From: Euprymna scolopes
Lineage: Eukaryota
DNA: 64,000 bases
Reading direction: 5' to 3' (one strand)
Assembly: GCA_053919585.1 (NCBI GenBank)
Contig: CM132810.1
In this document: positions 53,770 through 62,800 of the stretch, one piece after another
How positions within the stretch are numbered: the stretch's first letter is position 1
Layout: every line of letters starts with the position of its first letter
Notes under the pieces: generated by a model
The model's database searches: none
What the model was told of the DNA's origin: nothing
The model's input: only the letters and a program-made list of their open reading frames with translations
Translations under genes and position numbers: made by a program

Positions 53770-56700
53770 CCAATTTGGATGTTGCTCCAATATGTCATTT
53801 AAGTGGTCTATGTAAATTGTGGGTTGTGTGTTAGATTTGGTGTATTTTGATAGGTTTAGAATGATTTTAGGTTGTTTTAGTGACCAAGGACGATGTTCAG
53901 GGAATTTCGATTTATGTATGTTGTTTTTGCCTATTCGACAGTTTTCTAGTAAATGTTCCATTTTTAATCCAAAAGTTTTTATCTTATTTTTTTTTTTTTT
54001 TTTTTTTTTTCAAAAGACACCAAGATCATCAAATTTGAGTTGATAGTTATAGAGTTATGATCGTTCAAAGGTTTCAGTGGCCATCTTGGACGCCATTTTG
54101 AAAAAAAAAGCACAATTTTCCGGGAGGCATACTTTGGTAAACTTTTAGTTTGTTAAAAAGTACATTAAAACCTACCAGAATCAGTTGAGAAACCTTTTGT
54201 TACAATTTTTTTTTTTTGGGGGGGGGGGGGTAAATAGTACTTTGATCTGACTATTGGAATACAAGCAAGTTGTAATTTACAGGGAAGCAGCAATGTGGCC
54301 ATAATACCAACGTACATGCATCCACTTTATTGTTAAGCACAAATAATTCTTTCATTTCTAGCACTCATATAAAAAACAAAAAAAAACATTTCAGAGTTCA
54401 TAGCTGATTTGTGATTGTTTAGTCTTAAAAACCGTTTTTGTTTTGTTTTTGTGTGTATATGTGGATGGTAATTAGGTGTCTATTAAAATGAATTGGATGT
54501 TATCTACTGTACATTCTGTTTGCTTGAAATGTTGGAAGCCAGATAATTTTTGCTGATATGAAGTTTGGTTATTAAACCTAATATCCAATAGTGGATACAT
54601 AGGTGAAACAAAATTAGCTTTTAGTCTTGGTTTAATAGTGATACAAGTAGTCAATGGTAAAAAAAGCTGAAATTGAGATGAATTTTCCAACCTGGAGGCC
54701 ATGGTCCCGTGTGTGCATGGAGAGAGGGTAAGATAAAAAAAACAACTTTTTTCTAAATTAAAGTCAGTTGCAAGTAAAAAAAGTCAAAATTAAAAAAGAA
54801 AGATGTTAAGTGCATATGTGGAGGAAAGAACAAGTCATCATTCTTTATGAAACAACATCTAACTTCCCTATCCTTTTCACAGTTTAAAATTTTAGCCTTC
54901 ACTTGAAAATTATTTTTGGAGAAAACTGTCACAAGCAGAAAAATCAACTTTTTCTTATTTAAAAAAAAATCAACAAATAGAAGAGTCTAGTTGTTGAAGC
55001 AGAAATCTGCTTTTTCTTAAAATAAAAAGTGGATCTCCACTAAAAAGTAGAGAACTCACATTTCTGATTTAATAAGCACAAATAATTTTGGCAAAAGCAA
55101 AGGGAATTTGAAAGAAACCGGATTTTTAATATTATTCGAGCCACTTCCACAAGATCTCTTCATTGGATGTTATGTGCATATCTGATTATCATAGCTTTAG
55201 TGAAGTCAAAATTATGATTAAATTCAAGCATATGCGAAATAAAAACATTTTTGACATTGCACAATCGAAACAGCTGATTACAGACTTAAACAATATTCAA
55301 GCAATGACGTGGTTTCTTTCAAATTTGTCTTACTCCCACTAAAAACATAGTAATAGGAAATGCTACATTCATGCACAATAGTCAAGTTGCCTATTAATTA
55401 TGATTTACTGCCTGCCTGTGGCACTTCTACTCTAGCGTAATGTCCTCAACCGCAGCAATAGCATTTACATTCTTTTCTCCTACGAACCATGTATGTATAG
55501 TTAGTCTCCAACATGCCGTTTCTTTTCAAGAAGTTAACATATATGCGTTCATCTCATCGTGAATTATTATTAACAGAAATAATTCCTTCAGCAAATAAAG
55601 TTTCAATTCCAAAACAAAATCCTTACTAATCGGCAAAAAATCAGACAAAATTAAAAACTGTTAAATAAAAAAAAAACATTATTTTACAAGCCGAGTGCAT
55701 ACTTTTGTTATGTGTTCTCACCTGAATATAATCCTGCAAATCATTGATATGTTGTTTCTTTATCTCAATCTGTTGTTGCCACATTTCTTCTGCATTTTGC
55801 AATCGGGACAAATCTTTTCTCTGATCTTCTAATGACCTTCGTTTTTCCTTAAATAAACAAAATAAAACAAAAGGAGAAAAAAAAAAAATAGAATTATCTG
55901 CGAACACACATCTGATTCATCCAGAAAAACTATCAGTGACATTCCTGGATTAACCAAGTGTTTCCGGTCTTCCAACATCACACACACTACACCAGATGAC
56001 CCAGTTCAGGTTGATCAGACAGTAGCTCATCATATCGAAATGGTTAGCTACTATGGCACTCATGATTCATTATTTTTTTTTTAGCCACAACCATTTTCAG
56101 AATCACTCTCTCTTTCAGTAGTACAGTATGCTCTTCCATGTGGACATAATTTCAGCATAAGTTTTTTGGGAAATAAACAAAAAATCAATAGAAATACCAA
56201 ATAGACAATTAAAAATTTAATCAGTTGCTTTAACACACATATCTTTTGACCTTGGTTGGCTAATATATTATTCAATTAAGGAGGAGCAATAGGTTGCTGT
56301 TAGCACAGCAGGATAGCCTGTTGTTCTCTTCGGAGATAGAGGAGCAGAAGATTTTTATTTTATCACAAATATTTTATCAACAGAAAAAACAATTTTCTAC
56401 CCTGCATTCCCATGAAATAAAAACAAAAGGCTTCTTTTCTAAAATGACAAAATGCTTGTATGAATCTCAAATAACAGCTTTTTTTCTTTTTTTAACAAAG
56501 GAATCACCACTTATCAAGGCCTGGAGGCCACTCGAGGATAAGGGTTAATGTGTATACATTAGTCAATAGGATTATAAGATAGTTATCATAAATAGTGGAA
56601 ATTTTGTAAATTAGATTAGTTAGGGGGACGGTTCATCAAGAACTTGTTTACGTTGGACTTGGAGACTACCAAATTGTAGTAAGCTGGAAAGCAGGCAAAC

Positions 56701-56823
56701 GGAAGAGAGTTCCGCAAGCGGGCAGTTCTAAGAAAGAAGCTTTGTTCATGGAATTTACGTTTAGGTTTAGGCACGGATAAAGAGTCTGGGAAATTATTAA
56801 TAGTGGTTTTGGCTAGACAAGTG

Positions 56824-56859
<36 letters not shown>

Positions 56860-59800
56860 CATCACCACATTACCAAGGCCCAGAGGCCACTCAAGGATAA
56901 GGGTTAAAGAGTGTACAGTAGAAATTGGTCAATATAGTAATCATTAGTAATGAAAATTTGGTAAATTTAATAACTTATATGGAACGGCTCATCAAGAACT
57001 TATTTACGTTAGACTTGAACACAACCATATTGTAGTCAGCCGGAAAGCAGGAAAACGGAAGACAATTCCACAGGCGTGCAGTTCTAAGAAAGAAGCTTTG
57101 TTCATGGAATCTACGTTTAGGTTTAGGCACAGATAAAGAGTGGGGGAAATTATTGATAGTGTTTACAGCTAGACGAGTGTTTCTTGTGAAAGTTTGGCGA
57201 GGGGGGACCATAGATTGAAGTTCAGTTGAACACTTTCCATGAAAATAACGATACATCAGAGACAAACTCGCAACATCTCTTCTGTGAGATAGAGGTTTTC
57301 ATGAAAGTTTGGCAAGGAGGTTTTCATGAAAGTTTGGCAAGGAGGGAACCCCCACTAAGCTATGAAGTCTATTTTGAATTCTGTTAAGGCAGGATAAGCT
57401 GCTTCTTGCAGCTTATCCTGCCCAGATGTGGCAACAGTACTCTATCATTGGCTGCACCTGGCTTTTATATGAGTAGAAAATTGCATCAGGAGTGAAATAT
57501 CTACTGGAGCGGCAGAAGGATCCTACCCTTTTTTCTAGCGGCTTTGGCAACAGATTTGATGAAGGTGTTCCATTCCAGATCAGAGGTAAAGGTTAAGCCC
57601 AGAAGCTTGTCAAAACATGGAGTCTCCCCAAGATGAGAACCATTCAATTGATGCTAAATGAGGATCAGAGCGAGCAATGCTACTTTAGGGTCTTCCTTTT
57701 TCAAGTTCCCATTTTTTGTTATTTATAAGTTTGAATTGAATGTGTCATTTATTTTCTATTATTTTCAATTGAAACTTTTTCACTTTTGAATAAGATATAA
57801 CCGACCCTTCCAAAGTTACATACAACTATTTAGATATATACTAGCTTGGCATTGTATTTTTAGTTTCATTTTTGTTTTGCTTTTCTTTTCATTTACAGGG
57901 TGGAATGATAAAACTGTTGCCATAGAGAAGACGACATGATTCCATTTTCATTTGATGAAAACCAGTTTTCTTTTTTTGTTACAGACCATCTACTAGTTGG
58001 CCAGTTGTGTACAAATCTCAAGAGTGATGAGCCTTCTATCATATCTGAAAGTGACACAATATTCAATGAGTGAGATCAGAGATGCACCACTGTACAACTC
58101 ATTCTCTCTATTGATCCAAGTTATGACAACAGGACCATTGCCAGCATCCTCAAAATGCAAATCCAGACGGTTCAACACGAAAGCACAACTGAACGAAGTT
58201 TCCAATGCCAAAAACGATTCCTTTAATTATCTTTTTTATTTAATTATATTTAAAACAAAATCTTCCATTACTGATAGTAATAATAAAATAATAAATATTT
58301 ATTGATTTTAAACTGGCAGTAAAACTAAAAGTTATATATCATCCCCCACCCCCACAAGTATTTTACCAAAAAAATATCTGCAGATTTAACAAGTGTTTTT
58401 ATGGTAATGAGAAAAAAATAACTTTATAGTTAAATATTTAGAGATTTTCAAATTAGAATCGGTAATTGAATTGGGAATTTAGTAAGGAATTGGTAATTCT
58501 TTCGAAATCAGGAAAACTATTGGAATCATCTCATCACTAACATATATAATCAAATTTGAAAATAATCTTACTTTATCAAGTTGCTCATGAAGAATTTTCA
58601 CCTCTTGCTGGTTGTCCATCAGTCTCTTTTGGCATTGCGCAATCACATGGTCTTTCTTTATTAACTGTTGCATCATTTTACCATTTTCGCCTTGAAGAAC
58701 TTTGACCATCTGTTTCAATTCATCGATTTTCACCCTTTAAAAAATAAAACATAACCATTAGACATGACCAGAGAAAGAAAGAAATTTTTTGTTTACATAT
58801 ATACAAATGTCATTAGGTAAAAAATAAAACAAGTATAGCATCTGTGATCCTCTCCTGCAAGTATCTGAATAATACATGGCAAACAGTTATTCTTATTTAA
58901 ACATTTCACAGATATGTTTTTATATAAACAATAAGATTAGCTTCATATTTATGTGATAAAAAACAGACATATTTTCAAACAACACTTCAGTGATAAAATG
59001 TCAGACTACAGACAAAGTAGTTGTATGTGCAATCCTTGATAAAAATAAAAAAATAAAAAAAATCAAACTATGCCTGTCTATGGATAACTTATGTACGTAA
59101 AAAAATTATATATATATATATATATATATAATATAAAGCTGAGCGTCTGTGTGTGTGTCTGGTCACGAATAGGCTCCTGTAAGGTTGACTATTATAGAAA
59201 ACTGATCAAATATAATGATAGAAGATGTATCGAGACACAGGAATGGGTATGTTTGATCTGGCATAATGATGATTCATTAAAATTGTGGGGTCTGCATACG
59301 CGCCTGGTCGTTAAAGTATGGAAATAAAAAATTTTAAAATTAAAAAAAATAAAAACGTTTACAAGTGTTTTTGATATAGATGTACATAATAATACTTTGA
59401 TAAGTATGTTTTAACTTAAATAGGGATGGTATAATAAAATTGTGGGGTCTGCGTTTGCGCCTGGCCTCCATAGAATGGAAATAGGCACAAACTTTAATAA
59501 AGACTTTTCATATCTATCTGCATAAGTATACTTTGATAATTATGTTTCAGTTTGAAGAAATATGGTATAATAAAATTATGGGATGTTCATTCGCACCTGA
59601 CCTCCATAGAATGGAAATATGTCACAAAGTTTAACAAGGTTTTTTAATATAGATCCACAGAATATTGTGATAAGTGTTTCAGTGTGAACAAGTATGGTAT
59701 AATAAATTATGGGATTTATCTATTTTATTTTTACTTTCATCATCTTTTGCTTTGGTTTTGATACCCTCAAATTCGACCCAAATTTATAACCCTTCCTTTT

Positions 59801-62800
59801 CATAACCTATCATACTTTCATAAATCAGAGTCCATTTTCTGTAGGCTGTTTTTGAACCCAGTCAATGACGGGTACTTTTGCCAGTATATATATATATATA
59901 CATACACGCACACAGTAAGAATAGCCATCCTATGATGGATGAAATCAGTTCCCCAAACAGGACAATTTTGCACCACTTTTATGTCCCCTATGAAGATAAA
60001 AATGAAAATATAATGATACTAAGCACTATGTATAGGATATTTATTCTGATTTCATTAAAATCAATTAAATTATAGAAAATGTCTAAAATGTAAGGCTTAA
60101 GTTTAAGGGGTCTTAAGAAATTTAAATTCAGAGGACTGTGCTTAATTGGAATCTAATAACAATAGATTAAATTTATGCAAACCTGAAATATTTACATTTT
60201 CAAATGGCCGACTGCCTCGTAAAAACTCTTCAAAATACTCTCAAGAAAATGAAATTTTGGGAAAATTATTAATGTCTAATACCACTTGTTAAAATTTCAC
60301 AAAAATAAGAATTTTCTGCATTTTTAGCATATGAGTTCCGAAATTCATAATGATAGGAGCGAATTCTGTACATGCAAATATATAATTCTGTATATCTAAT
60401 ACTTAATTGACACTATTGCAAAGATAAGAAAAAAAAAAATCACTAATAAAAAATCTTAGACCCCGCCCCTTAACTGTTTTAATACTGATTTTTATCTTAA
60501 GACAATAATTGGTTAATATTTTTTTATACTCGACCAAACTTATGTCATTTATTATATAGAAGCAAATAAAACAAAATTAAAAATAAATAACAGCAAAGTT
60601 ATTGATGAAAAAAAGTTTTTTAAATATTTTATACAAATTAGAAGTTCAATTAATCTTTAAATGCTTTAAAAATGCTATTTAAACAATATTTCAGTAATTT
60701 CATATGTGATTTGCCTGTAAATGAATATATAATTAAAAAAAAACAAAAATAAAACAAGACGAGACCACAGAAAAAATAAATATACTCACTGAGTGACAGC
60801 ACATTTAATCTCTTCTGACTCTTTGTTAAAAGTTTTGATATCATTCAATAGTGACACTCCTTGATCACGAACAGACTGCTTTGTTTCTAATTCTTCCTCA
60901 AGGCGTTTCAGCAACATCTACAATTAATCAGAATAAAAAGAATAGGCTATTAAAAAAATATTCTTGATTTAAAAATTAATTAAATAAATTTTTATGAAAG
61001 AATCCTTAGGTCTTTTGAAATGGGACAATGTCAAATGTTATGGTTTTAACATCCTTCCCCCCCCCCCCTGATTAACTTAAATCTGTCTAAGAATCTTGAG
61101 TAAAGATTATATAAACCATGTTTAATTTCTATGTGTATGTCATCTTGGTTGTTGTATTCAAGTTTCGGTTAAAGCAGCCTCTGACCTTCTTTAATCGTGC
61201 CTTGTTGAAGTTGGGAATTTTTATGGAATTTTAAACAGAACAGAAGTATATTGTTCTCATTCTATCAGCTGTTAATTTATGTTATTCTTTGTTATTATTA
61301 CCAGTAATAAGAATTGAACCGCCAACAGTCATATTTTCACTTGCAATTGATTCTTAACTATTAGGTCATGTTGATATAAAGATTCCCAAGTGTGAAAAGA
61401 TGCATCTGAAGAAGTTTGAAGATTACATTGGCTAAAACATTGTGAACAACCAAGATTAAGATATTAATCCAAATAGAAAATTTTCAATCCTCATCTCAAA
61501 AATCCTGAGACAATAGTTGAGTTTTCTTTGAGAATATGCAAAAATTTCTACATTACATAAATACATGTTTTATTGCATTATAGTGTTCCATATTGCTGAC
61601 CTATGTATAGTAAAGTCATAATCAACTCTTCTTGTTTATGTTTGACCAGTTTAGAGAATTTTAATATTTTTATCAGGTACCATGCTAGATAAAGATTCAA
61701 CCATTACGTCAGCCTTGTGATCTTCAGCAAAATATGATTTTTTTAGGTATTGTTTGTGGTGGTTAATTGGTTTAGAATTTCGACAATGAGATTATCCAAT
61801 TTTCTATTTTTAATGGCTTGTAGGATGGAATGGGGTTCTGAGGAGATAACGAATTTGCTGGTTTGCTGACCAAAACAATGTTGAATGTGAGATCTAATGT
61901 AATAGTTTACATTTTGTGACAATTATGATACAATATATTATTTCCTCTTTTTTTTTCAGAGGGAAGGGGATTTGTATATCTATTCTTTAATCATGATGCT
62001 ATCCTTCTGGAGATTAACTTTCTTTTTTATGGGGGAGGGTGATATACTAGCAAGAATATGTCATAAGTCGCTTATTTTTGCTTGTGGTTTTAATGTAGAA
62101 ACTGGAAGAAAAGATCCGAAGATCAAAGCAATATCAATTTCTTTAGATGTAATAAAACCACATTTTCATTAAGAATTACAGCATATTTCATTGTAATTTG
62201 CTTATGAAATGCTATATAAAAATGGAGAAACAAAGTTTACCAAAAATGAGAGCAAAATCAAGGAAAATATCCTACTTGTGTATGCTGCAGGGAAACGGAG
62301 CACATCTAACAGCATCTTTGAAAAATAGGATGAAAACTTACTGAAGATTTCTCTGTGCAAAGGTTGAGATCTTCTTCCAGGATTCTTTTATCATCCGTTA
62401 ACTTGGCAACTTTTTGTTTCATCTCCTCAAGTTCTGTTTGCAATAAACTCTCAGAGGAATCAGACGACTTTGATTGGTTTGTCAGTTTTTGATGGTCGGT
62501 GACATTGACAGTTAATGTCAGTTTGACATTGGAGGGCTTACCCTCATCTGTACTTTCATACTCAGATTCTGAAGAGCTAACACCAGACGTAGACGTTTCT
62601 CTATAGAAAAGAGAATAAAAAATCATTCAGTTCTTTTTATTACAATGAAACCAATAGTTTTTCTTTGCTTTAGGAATAAAAATATCATCATAATACTTGT
62701 CTATAAACAAGTATGAATATATATAGGAGTACATTTCATGTTTTTCATCAATTCTTGTATATTGGTTAAAGAGGTTTTTTGGGTTTGTTTTTTTTATTTG

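Larger units (their letters stand above)
49538..54253 (+). mobile_element. Decayed Academ DNA transposon with long TIRs
   Basis: TAG...CTA termini, about 300-bp TIRs; VLDGGSLLH, HAYSGCDSTS, PERLPPTS, WGWK and CXC Cys-rich remnants of the XPG-like transposase region. Confidence 0.82.

Noticed and set aside
55330-55620. Possible gag zinc-knuckle remnant (CYCCG*GH) on minus
   Set aside because: Multiple stops, no LTRs and no neighbouring pol sequence.
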